Source: Candidatus Parabacteroides intestinavium (lineage in GTDB: Bacteria > Bacteroidota > Bacteroidia > Bacteroidales > Tannerellaceae). Taken from it: 35,506 nt of DNA. A program made the position numbers and the translations under genes. The notes below the pieces were generated by a model. The model made no database searches. It was not told the origin of the DNA and saw only the letters and a program-made list of their open reading frames with translations. Within the stretch, counting starts at the first letter, position 1. Each line of letters begins with the position of its first letter. The stretch covers positions 1-35,506 of the forward strand of contig DWYO01000326.1 of the NCBI GenBank assembly GCA_019118725.1, read 5' to 3'. Positions 1 through 7,408 of the stretch are shown here, piece after piece.

Positions 1-84
1 CGAAGAAGCAATATATGGCATTATATGCAATATCAGGCAGACATTGCCGTTTATTTCGTAGAAACCCATAAAAGAGTATAAGCA

Positions 85-555
85 ATGAAAGTGAATCTTA
101 TTATTATTATCAGCCTGTTTATGGCAACGGCAATGTCTGCCCAAAAAGGAAATATTGAACTGGAACCGCGAGTTGGATATATCCATTCCGATATCCCCGA
201 GTATCAATCCGGATTCCAAGTAGGAGCGAGGTCCTCGTTCGGCTTGTCAGAACGCTTTTCAATCACCCCGGGACTCTCATTTGCCTCATTCGGGAAAATG
301 GACAAAGTCTATTTCTTGGTGCCGGTTTATGCCTCTTACCAAATTCCCTTACAGGAATGCCGGTTACATCTGAACGCAGGTCCTTATGGACAATTTGGCT
401 CAGATCAGGATTTCGGGGTATCGGCCGAAGTAAGCGCGGAATACAAAAGATGGCAATTGGGCGCACATTATTACCAAAATCTGATAGGAGGTGAATCGTA
501 TGCCCCCGATCGGTTTGCCGGTTTATCCGTAGGATATAGGTTCAGGGTGAGATAA
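85..555 (+). CDS. Small outer-membrane beta-barrel protein (porin/PorT-like family)
   Basis: 156-aa ORF with a signal peptide (..ATAMSA-Q), alternating beta-strand pattern and C-terminal GLSVGYRF beta-signal. Confidence 0.7.
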   Translation: MKVNLIIIISLFMATAMSAQKGNIELEPRVGYIHSDIPEYQSGFQVGARSSFGLSERFSITPGLSFASFGKMDKVYFLVPVYASYQIPLQECRLHLNAGPYGQFGSDQDFGVSAEVSAEYKRWQLGAHYYQNLIGGESYAPDRFAGLSVGYRFRVR

Positions 556-610
556 GTCTTAATGGACTCGTGTCGGTTGGAATTTGGAAGTTTGGGTTTA
601 AAAGTTGGAA

Positions 611-645
611 GAAGGTGTGTCAAAATAAGATATTGGCACACCTTC
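611..645. terminator. Palindrome (GGTGTGTCAA family) between convergent genes; likely bidirectional terminator
   Basis: GAAGGTGTGTCAA (611-623) / TTGGCACACCTTC (633-645), 13-bp arms with one G-T pair. Confidence 0.65.
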
Positions 646-687
646 ACATTTTTACGAATTAGTCGATTCACGGAATCTCGTGGCTAT

Positions 688-1164
688 TTACTTCTCCATC
701 TCTTGCGCTATCTGGCGAATATCCTGCAGGGTGAAATCGCCGGTAAGGCGCATGACGATATAATCCTCCTTGGAGTCTGTGAGCATAATCAGCTCGCTGA
801 TCTTTTCCCCCTTTTGCTTGACGAAAAAAGAGGCGCGGGTATCGTCAGACTTTACCTTCATCAGCAATTCATGCTCTTTGCCGACCACGGTGTTGAAGTC
901 CGCTTTCATCTGCTCCTTGACCTCCTGCTTTTCGGAAGTCAGGATTTGCAGATTATTGATTTTTCCTTTCAGATTCCCCAAATCCAGACCTCCTGTCCGC
1001 ATATCATCAGGCATCATTTGGAACATGGACTTGGAAATATATACCGATGTGACATTATCCTGATCGGCATACTTCTCGAACAACCGGTCTTGTGCAAAGC
1101 ACAACGAGCAGCACAAGAGAAACAATACCAGTAAACTATTTCGTGTTTTCATTCGGTTCATCAT
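688..1164 (-). CDS. DUF4252-domain exported protein
   Basis: Signal peptide, then AQDRLFEKY..VTSVYISKSMF, ELLMKVK and IVMRLTGDFTLQDI, typical of DUF4252. Confidence 0.8.
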   Translation of the reverse strand: MMNRMKTRNSLLVLFLLCCSLCFAQDRLFEKYADQDNVTSVYISKSMFQMMPDDMRTGGLDLGNLKGKINNLQILTSEKQEVKEQMKADFNTVVGKEHELLMKVKSDDTRASFFVKQKGEKISELIMLTDSKEDYIVMRLTGDFTLQDIRQIAQEMEK

Positions 1165-1556
1165 TGTATTTGTTTGTGAATTACTTGATTAACTTTTGTT
1201 ATTTCCGTTCCGGCCTGCTGCATGCTATCAAAGCCTTTGTTCAGATTTTCCGACATCACCAGCAAGGCCTGTCCTGCCACGCGGGCTGCCTCTTCCGGGT
1301 CTTTGAAGGTATCTTCCGGTTGACTTTCCGCGAAATACACTCCGGCTCCTATGCCGATAGCCAATAGGACAGAGGCCGCTATCCGGAGTCCCGCCCAACG
1401 TCTCCTTATCGGAACCCGCCGCGCCTCCTTCCGGTCCGGTTCACTGATCCGGTCGATATGCCGTTCCAGGCGTGCTTCCAGTCCCTCCGGCAATCGGGCT
1501 TCGTCCCGTAACGCTTGAGCAATCAGCTCGTCTATATTTTTTTCATTCATTTCCAT
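1161..1556 (-). CDS. Putative single-TM anti-sigma factor
   Basis: Overlaps the ECF sigma stop; short helical cytoplasmic N-terminus, one TM segment (IAASVLLAIGIGAGVYFA), then DTFKDPEEA and a helical C-terminus. Confidence 0.6.
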   Translation of the reverse strand: MEMNEKNIDELIAQALRDEARLPEGLEARLERHIDRISEPDRKEARRVPIRRRWAGLRIAASVLLAIGIGAGVYFAESQPEDTFKDPEEAARVAGQALLVMSENLNKGFDSMQQAGTEITKVNQVIHKQIQ

Positions 1557-2055
1557 ACCATTTATAAAATTGTTCCTTTAACGTCTTTCGTGCCCGGGAA
1601 AGCAAGGTGCGGATATTTCCGGCATTCAGACCGGTAATCTCGGCGATTTCCTCCATCGAGCAATCCTCGAAACTTTGTAATCTCAACACCTGTTGTTGTT
1701 TTTCCGGGAGCCGTTGCATCCACTTTTGGATATTCCGGATTTTCTCTTTCTCCTCGGCATTCCTTTCCGGGGAAGAGTCCGCGCGCAACGCGTAAGCCTC
1801 GGTGATGTCCTCCTCATGCCGGTTTGCCCGTGGAGAGCGCAGATAATCCAGGCAGCAGTTCTTGACCCACGTGACGCAAAAGGCCTCCGGATTCCGGACC
1901 GCCTCCAGCTCTTCCCGTTTCATCCAAAGTTTGGAATAAGTTTCTTGTAAGATATCCTCCGCATCGTCTGCATTGCCCACCAGAGCGAATGCGATACGAT
2001 ACAGCTTGGGATGAAGCGGGAGGAACCGGCATTTGAAATCTTCAGCGGTCATCAT
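1543..2055 (-). CDS. ECF (sigma-70 family) RNA polymerase sigma factor
   Basis: Region 2 DAEDILQETYSKLW..KNCCLDYLR; region 4 LPEKQQQVLRL..SMEEIAEITG..IRTLLSRARKTLK. Confidence 0.93.
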   Translation of the reverse strand: MMTAEDFKCRFLPLHPKLYRIAFALVGNADDAEDILQETYSKLWMKREELEAVRNPEAFCVTWVKNCCLDYLRSPRANRHEEDITEAYALRADSSPERNAEEKEKIRNIQKWMQRLPEKQQQVLRLQSFEDCSMEEIAEITGLNAGNIRTLLSRARKTLKEQFYKWYGNE

Positions 2056-2497
2056 CGTGCTTATTCACCACTTGTGCCACATCTTCGGGTTTGATGTTCC
2101 CTTTCAGCTGGACTACCATTAAATCATCTTTGGTCAGGAAAATGACCATCTCCCGGATGGCGTTCTCTTTTATTTTGGTAAAGACCTTTATTTGCTCGTT
2201 TTCTTCATTAATCGTCGCAAAAGGTTCGAACTCGGAATCTTTCAGTTGGCGGATATCCTTACGGTATTTGTCCAAAGTCTCTGAAGAACAGTCCTCCAGG
2301 CAAAGAACATTTATACTATTCACGCCCATCGTTTCGGTAAAAAGGCTGGCAATCTTCATGACCACCGGTCCCATGGTTATATGTGTCAAGTCCTTTTTGT
2401 GTTGTAAATCCTTCAAGAATTCATTCATATTCTTCGCCTGCATTCCCATACTTGATAAAGCGAGCAGGCTCGCCATCCATACATATTTTGCTTTCAT
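2042..2497 (-). CDS. DUF4252-domain exported protein
   Basis: Signal peptide; same pattern as 688-1164 (IREMVIF..VVQLKGNIKPEDV); stop overlaps the ECF sigma start. Confidence 0.75.
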   Translation of the reverse strand: MKAKYVWMASLLALSSMGMQAKNMNEFLKDLQHKKDLTHITMGPVVMKIASLFTETMGVNSINVLCLEDCSSETLDKYRKDIRQLKDSEFEPFATINEENEQIKVFTKIKENAIREMVIFLTKDDLMVVQLKGNIKPEDVAQVVNKHDDDR

Positions 2498-2531
2498 GTT
2501 GTATAAGTTTTAATTGGTTTTCTATAATTAA

Positions 2532-2558
2532 GACGAGATGCAGGAAGGTTTTGTTACA
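2532..2558 (-). promoter_or_regulatory. Putative ECF-type promoter of the DUF4252-sigma operon
   Basis: Minus strand TGTAAC-N17-CGTC, 35 bp upstream of the first start codon; matches the general ECF AAC...CGT pattern. Confidence 0.6.
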
Positions 2559-2570
2559 AAAAAAGTGAAG

Positions 2571-2667
2571 AAAGGGGCTGTGTCAAAATGAATGTTTTGA
2601 TGCAGCCCCTTTAAGGTGTGTCAGAATTAGCAAAAAATAACGCAGCAGTTTGCAATTATGACACACC
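2571..2667. repeat. Two tandem palindromes of the TGTGTCA family; the first is probably the nigD terminator
   Basis: AAAGGGGCTGTGTCAAAA / TTTTGATGCAGCCCCTTT (2571-2612) and GGTGTGTCAGAATT / AATTATGACACACC (2615-2667). Confidence 0.75.
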
Positions 2668-2684
2668 GTCCGTCCAACTTCCGA

Positions 2685-3431
2685 CTATTCCATCATTAAC
2701 GTGCTCCGCTCGGCGGCTATAGCTGAGCTGACGGGAGAGGATTTGCGTGTGCAATAATCAAACTCCGTTGATTTCTCGCCACTATACGAGTGCCAGGCCA
2801 GTTTCAGTTTTACGGTTTTCCCTTGCGTGTCCGGAAGGCTGTCCAGGTTGAATGCGACTAATCCATCAGCCATAGGCCCGCCCGTATTGCCGAACGCATT
2901 GTGGCGGAATTCCACTTCGTAGGGATTCTCCGGATTCTGGTTCAGCAAAAGATTGACGAAATGCTTCGCTCCGGAGCTTCCCACCTCCGTACGGAAGCGT
3001 AACGTCAGATAGCCGTCCTCGGCGATGGTTACCCAGTCGTTTACCATCTCTACCGGATCGGTTCCATAGACCGAATCATTCTTCAGACCCAAATCAGGAG
3101 CGGGTTGCTTGGTCAGGATACTATCTATCCAGTTCACCTGCACGGCATGCGTATAGCCCTCGCTCGGACGGTCTACAAACTCGAAGTTGGTCAAGGCACG
3201 CACCTCTTTCTTTCCGAAAGGTGAGGCGTTGAGGTTGACCGGAAGCAGGGTTGTCGTATCATCCAATTGCAGATAAAAGGAATCGTTTTCCGTTGTTTTT
3301 ACGGTAACAATAGCATTCGGTACACTCATATAATAGTAATTATTGTCATCATCATCCAGGCAGGACTGAGAACCCAACGCAACGAGCAAAGCCATCGCTG
3401 ACATGTACCATTTCTTCATACGTTTTTTCAT
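2685..3431 (-). CDS. NigD-like surface lipoprotein
   Basis: Lipobox GSQS-C followed by acidic LDDDD; AIVTVK..FYLQLDD..LLPVN N-terminal motif; GYLTLRF..HFVNLL..EFRHNA C-terminal motif. Confidence 0.8.
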   Translation of the reverse strand: MKKRMKKWYMSAMALLVALGSQSCLDDDDNNYYYMSVPNAIVTVKTTENDSFYLQLDDTTTLLPVNLNASPFGKKEVRALTNFEFVDRPSEGYTHAVQVNWIDSILTKQPAPDLGLKNDSVYGTDPVEMVNDWVTIAEDGYLTLRFRTEVGSSGAKHFVNLLLNQNPENPYEVEFRHNAFGNTGGPMADGLVAFNLDSLPDTQGKTVKLKLAWHSYSGEKSTEFDYCTRKSSPVSSAIAAERSTLMME

Positions 3432-3528
3432 ATCGTTCGTTTTTTACATTAAGACTACATACACTATGAAGCAATTCGAGGGGAAAATGCTGCATGACCG
3501 GGAGGAAAAAAGTGGAAGTACCCGACCG

Positions 3529-3626
3529 AAAAATCGTCTAACGGATGTGCAACTTTCGTCTAACAACTGTGTACGTTGCTTCTAACAGCTGTTAGACGAA
3601 AGTTGCACGACTGTCAGACGATTTTT
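3529..3626. repeat. 98-bp palindromic element with internal 22-bp periodicity
   Basis: 42-bp arms (3529-3570 / 3585-3626) with 5 mismatches; TCTAAC recurs at 3537, 3559, 3581; perfect 16-bp palindrome TCTAACAGCTGTTAGA at 3581-3596. Confidence 0.85.
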
Positions 3627-3737
3627 TTATCGTTATCTTTCTGGAAAAAGATAGGATATGGGGATGAAAAAACGATATTTTGTGTATCTTCGCAAGAAAA
3701 AGCAGGATTTGGCGTTATATATAAAAACTCAGATAGT

Positions 3738-5282
3738 ATGAAGAAAGACAGAGTACTTTGGGCAGACGATGAAATCGATTTGTTGAAACCGCATATTCTT
3801 TTCTTGCAGGAGAAAGGGTACGAGGTCGTTCCGGTAATCAGCGGGCAGGATGCCATCGATTGTTGTCGGGAGGAGAGTTTTGACATTATCTTTTTGGATG
3901 AGAATATGCCTGGACTTACCGGCCTGGAGACGTTGTCGCACATCAAGGAGATCGCCCCGAACGTGCCGGTGGTTATGGTGACCAAGAGTGAGGAAGAGAG
4001 CATCATGAACCAGGCTATCGGGAACAAGATAGCCGATTACCTGATCAAGCCGGTCAATCCCCACCAGCTCCTCCTTTCCATCAAGAAGAATGTCCATAAG
4101 AATGTCATCATCTCGCAGACTACGACCGAGAGTTACCAGCAGGAGTTCGGACGGATCGGAATGCAGATCAATGACTCGCTGACCACCCGCGACTGGATGG
4201 AGGTGTACAAGAAACTTATCTATTGGGAACTGGAACTGGAGAGCAGTCAGGTGCCCATGACCGATATGCTCCTGATGCAAAAAGAGGAGGCAAACAATGC
4301 CTTCGGGAAATTTGTCCGGAAGAATTACGAGAGCTGGATAAACAATTCGGCGGAAAGGCCTTTGATGAGTCCCGACCTGTTCAAGAAGCGTATCTTCCCG
4401 ATGCTTGAGGAGGGCGAGAAGGTGTTCTTCATCCTGATTGATAATTTCCGGATGGACCAGTGGCGCGTGGTAAAAGATCTGTTGGCGGAATTTTATACGT
4501 TTGACGAGGATATGTACTACAGCATTCTCCCGACCGCTACGCAATATGCCCGCAACGCGATTTTCTCGGGGCTGATGCCTTTGCAAATCGAGCAACTTTT
4601 CCCGGAGCTGTGGGTAGACGAGGAAAGCGAGGAGGGGAAGAACCTGAACGAGGCGCCGCTCATTCAGACACAGATCAAGCGTTTCCGGAAGGATTATACC
4701 TTTTCATACAACAAGGTGCATGACTCGCAATATGGCGAGAAGCTTTTGGGAATGATTCCCTCTCTGTTGAAGAACCAGCTGAATGTCGTGGTACTCAACT
4801 TTGTGGATATGCTCTCGCACGCCCGTACGGAAAGCAAGATGATCCGCGAACTGGCCCAAAGCGAAGCGGCTTACCGAAGCCTGACCCGCTCGTGGTTCCA
4901 GCATTCCACGACCTTGGAACTGTTCCGGCGTATCGCCCGGACAGGGTATAAGGTGATTGTCACCACCGACCACGGGACAATCCGCGTCAATTCGCCGGTA
5001 AAGGTCATCGGAGACCGGAACACGAATACCAACCTCCGGTATAAGCTGGGCAAGAATCTCAATTATAACCCGAAAGAGGTCTACGAGATACGCAATCCGG
5101 AAAAAGTAGGCTTGCCTTCGCCCAACCTGAGCACAAAATATATCTTTGCCCTCGGAGAGAGCTTTTTTGCTTATCCGAACAACTATAATTATTACGTTTC
5201 TTACTATAAGAATACTTTCCAGCATGGGGGGATTTCGATGGAGGAAATGCTGATTCCGTTCATCACCTTGATGCCTAAATGA
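3738..5282 (+). CDS. porX: PorX-type response regulator (receiver plus PglZ/alkaline-phosphatase-like domain)
   Basis: VLWADDEIDLLKPH receiver, FLDENMPG phospho-site, IDNFRMDQW, ILPTATQYARNAIF, TTDHG, TFQHGGISMEEM. Start reassigned from 3576 to ATG 3738 because the upstream extension runs through a repeat. Confidence 0.92.
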   Translation: MKKDRVLWADDEIDLLKPHILFLQEKGYEVVPVISGQDAIDCCREESFDIIFLDENMPGLTGLETLSHIKEIAPNVPVVMVTKSEEESIMNQAIGNKIADYLIKPVNPHQLLLSIKKNVHKNVIISQTTTESYQQEFGRIGMQINDSLTTRDWMEVYKKLIYWELELESSQVPMTDMLLMQKEEANNAFGKFVRKNYESWINNSAERPLMSPDLFKKRIFPMLEEGEKVFFILIDNFRMDQWRVVKDLLAEFYTFDEDMYYSILPTATQYARNAIFSGLMPLQIEQLFPELWVDEESEEGKNLNEAPLIQTQIKRFRKDYTFSYNKVHDSQYGEKLLGMIPSLLKNQLNVVVLNFVDMLSHARTESKMIRELAQSEAAYRSLTRSWFQHSTTLELFRRIARTGYKVIVTTDHGTIRVNSPVKVIGDRNTNTNLRYKLGKNLNYNPKEVYEIRNPEKVGLPSPNLSTKYIFALGESFFAYPNNYNYYVSYYKNTFQHGGISMEEMLIPFITLMPK

Positions 5283-5295
5283 AAGAAAATGGGGA

Positions 5296-5354
5296 TTGTA
5301 AGAAAAATGTAATCTGATACACATACAATCGTAACCTAAAAAGCATTATCTTTG
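5296..5354 (+). promoter_or_regulatory. Bacteroidetes -7 box with upstream 11-bp-spaced direct repeats (PhoB/OmpR-like box)
   Basis: TATCTTTG at 5347-5354; GTAA at 5298, 5309, 5331; no TTTG at the -33 position. Confidence 0.55.
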
Positions 5355-5376
5355 GGTCAAATATAGAAAAAACTCC

Positions 5377-6177
5377 ATGTATCTACGAAAACATTACCGC
5401 ACAATCGTCCTTTCGGACATTCATTTAGGAACGACCCACTCGAAAGTTGAGGAAGTGAGCAACTTCTTGCGTGCCGTCAATTGCGACCGCTTGATTCTGA
5501 ACGGAGATATTATCGACGGATGGCATATCAAAAAGAACGGCACACGGAAGTGGCAGGCCTCGCATACGCAATTCTTCAAAATCATCATGAAGATGATGGA
5601 AAAATGCGGGACTGAGGTGATTTATGTCCGGGGGAATCACGATGATTTCCTGGACAATCTCGCTCCTATACGCTTCGCGAATATCCAAATCGTGAAAGAG
5701 TATGAGCTGGATTGCGGAGAGAAACGCTATTTCGTGACACACGGAGATATATTTGACCGGGTCACCACGCAGATGAAATGGCTGGCGCATTTGGGCGATG
5801 CCGGTTATACTTTCCTGCTTTGGTTCAACGGCTGGTACAACCGCTATCGGGCATGGCGGGGAATGCCCTACGACTCGCTTTCGCAACGCATCAAGCAAAA
5901 GGTGAAGAGCGCTGTGTCTTATATCTCCGATTTCGAACAGACCTTGGCCGATTTTGCCTCGGCGCGCAAGTGCGATGGCATTATCTGCGGACATATCCAC
6001 CACCCGGAGAACCGGTATTACGGGAATGTGCATTACCTGAATTCGGGGGATTGGGTCGAGACGCTGTCTGCCTTGGTGGAAAATGAGAATGGCGAATGGA
6101 ATATCGTCTATTATTCGGAAATTGCCAGTGAGGAATTACAGGCTAAACTAACATCTAACATATTATCCGCATCATGA
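5377..6177 (+). CDS. Metallophosphoesterase, LpxH-like / PlcP (phospholipase C)-like
   Basis: SDIHLG, GDIIDGW, GNHD, HGDIFD, CGHIHH and YLNSGDWVE motifs. Confidence 0.85.
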   Translation: MYLRKHYRTIVLSDIHLGTTHSKVEEVSNFLRAVNCDRLILNGDIIDGWHIKKNGTRKWQASHTQFFKIIMKMMEKCGTEVIYVRGNHDDFLDNLAPIRFANIQIVKEYELDCGEKRYFVTHGDIFDRVTTQMKWLAHLGDAGYTFLLWFNGWYNRYRAWRGMPYDSLSQRIKQKVKSAVSYISDFEQTLADFASARKCDGIICGHIHHPENRYYGNVHYLNSGDWVETLSALVENENGEWNIVYYSEIASEELQAKLTSNILSAS

Positions 6178-7340
6178 AATATTTGTTTATTGTACAAGGT
6201 GAAGGGCGCGGACATCTGACACAATGCATCGCGCTGGAAGAGATGCTGAGACGGAACGGGCACGAGGTGGTCGAGGTGCTGGTCGGGAAGAGCGCGGCCC
6301 GCGAATTGCCTGCCTTTTTCCAGCAAAAGATAAAAGCTCCGGTCTACCGGTTCGAGAGTCCGAACTTCTTGCCCTCTGCGGCCAACAAACGCAATAATTT
6401 GTGGCGGAGCGTAACCTATAACTTGTGCAAAATCCCGACTTACCTGAAGAGCATTCGTTTCATCAAGCAACATATCCAAGAGAGCCGGGCCGATGTCGTC
6501 ATCAACTTTTATGAATTGCTGACGGGCTTTTGCTATGCGTTCTATTATATCGGTGTCCCACAGATATGCATCGGGCACCAATACTTGTTCCTGCATAAGG
6601 ATTTTGAATTGCCGGAGATACACCGGGCCAAGATCGGAACACTTAATTTCTTCTCCCGTCTGACCAGTATCGGCGCGGAGCAACGGCTGGCGCTTTCTTT
6701 CCACGAGATGCCCGAAGATACGAGACACCGGATCCGTGTGGTGCCTCCCTTGCTCCGGAAAGAGGTCTTTTCCCTGGAACCGAAAACAGGGGATTATATA
6801 CATGGCTACATGCTGAATTCAGGCTTTGCCGAAAATGTCCTGGAATGGCATAAGAAGCGTCCCGAAACGCCTTTGTGCTTCTTTTGGGATCGCAAAGGGG
6901 AACATACGGTAAAGCAAGTGGACGAGACGTTGAGCTTCCATCCGCTGGACGATAAGAAATTCCTGGAGATGATGAGCGGATGCCGGGCGTATGCCAGTAC
7001 CGCGGGATTCGAATCCATTTGTGAGGCGATGTATCTGGGTAAGCCTATCCTGATGGTTCCGGCGCATATCGAACAGGATTGCAATGCCTATGATGCGGCA
7101 CGCAACGGAGCGGGCATCGTCTCGAAGGATTTCAATCTGGATGGCTTGTTGAATTTCGCTCAGACCTACCGGACTAACGTGACGTTCCGTCCGTGGGTGA
7201 ATAGTGCGCCTTATAAAATCTTGCATGAACTGGCGCAAGAGGCACATGCCACCTGCCTGCGGAGGTCCTTGCAAAGCTATTACTATTATTTTCTGATGAA
7301 AAAAGTTTATCTCAAAAACCTGTTGGTGGGAAGACATTGA
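6174..7340 (+). CDS. GT-B glycosyltransferase (MJ1255/VC2487-like, GT28/GT1-related)
   Basis: VQGEGRGH N-terminal motif; TAGFESICEAMYLGKPILMVP..EQ..NA C-terminal motif; ATGA overlap with the upstream gene. Confidence 0.85.
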   Translation: MKYLFIVQGEGRGHLTQCIALEEMLRRNGHEVVEVLVGKSAARELPAFFQQKIKAPVYRFESPNFLPSAANKRNNLWRSVTYNLCKIPTYLKSIRFIKQHIQESRADVVINFYELLTGFCYAFYYIGVPQICIGHQYLFLHKDFELPEIHRAKIGTLNFFSRLTSIGAEQRLALSFHEMPEDTRHRIRVVPPLLRKEVFSLEPKTGDYIHGYMLNSGFAENVLEWHKKRPETPLCFFWDRKGEHTVKQVDETLSFHPLDDKKFLEMMSGCRAYASTAGFESICEAMYLGKPILMVPAHIEQDCNAYDAARNGAGIVSKDFNLDGLLNFAQTYRTNVTFRPWVNSAPYKILHELAQEAHATCLRRSLQSYYYYFLMKKVYLKNLLVGRH

Positions 7341-7408
7341 CAGGGAAAAAAGGCGGAAATGGCGCTTTTGATTCTTAGCTTTTAATTTTTAATTCAGATG
7401 AGGTGCTT

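Noticed and set aside
562-1134. 190-aa + strand ORF
   Set aside because: Antisense shadow of the DUF4252 gene that runs through a terminator; no recognisable motifs
3468-3494. Possible ECF promoter (TGCAGC-N16-GCTTC) upstream of nigD
   Set aside because: Both boxes deviate from the motif at 2532-2558; too weak to call
3576-3737. 54-aa N-terminal extension of PorX
   Set aside because: TTG start lies inside the palindromic element; the receiver domain begins at ATG 3738, and a promoter-like TATCTTCG lies at 3685-3692
3729-4595. 288-aa minus-strand ORF
   Set aside because: Antisense to porX; typical codon-bias shadow
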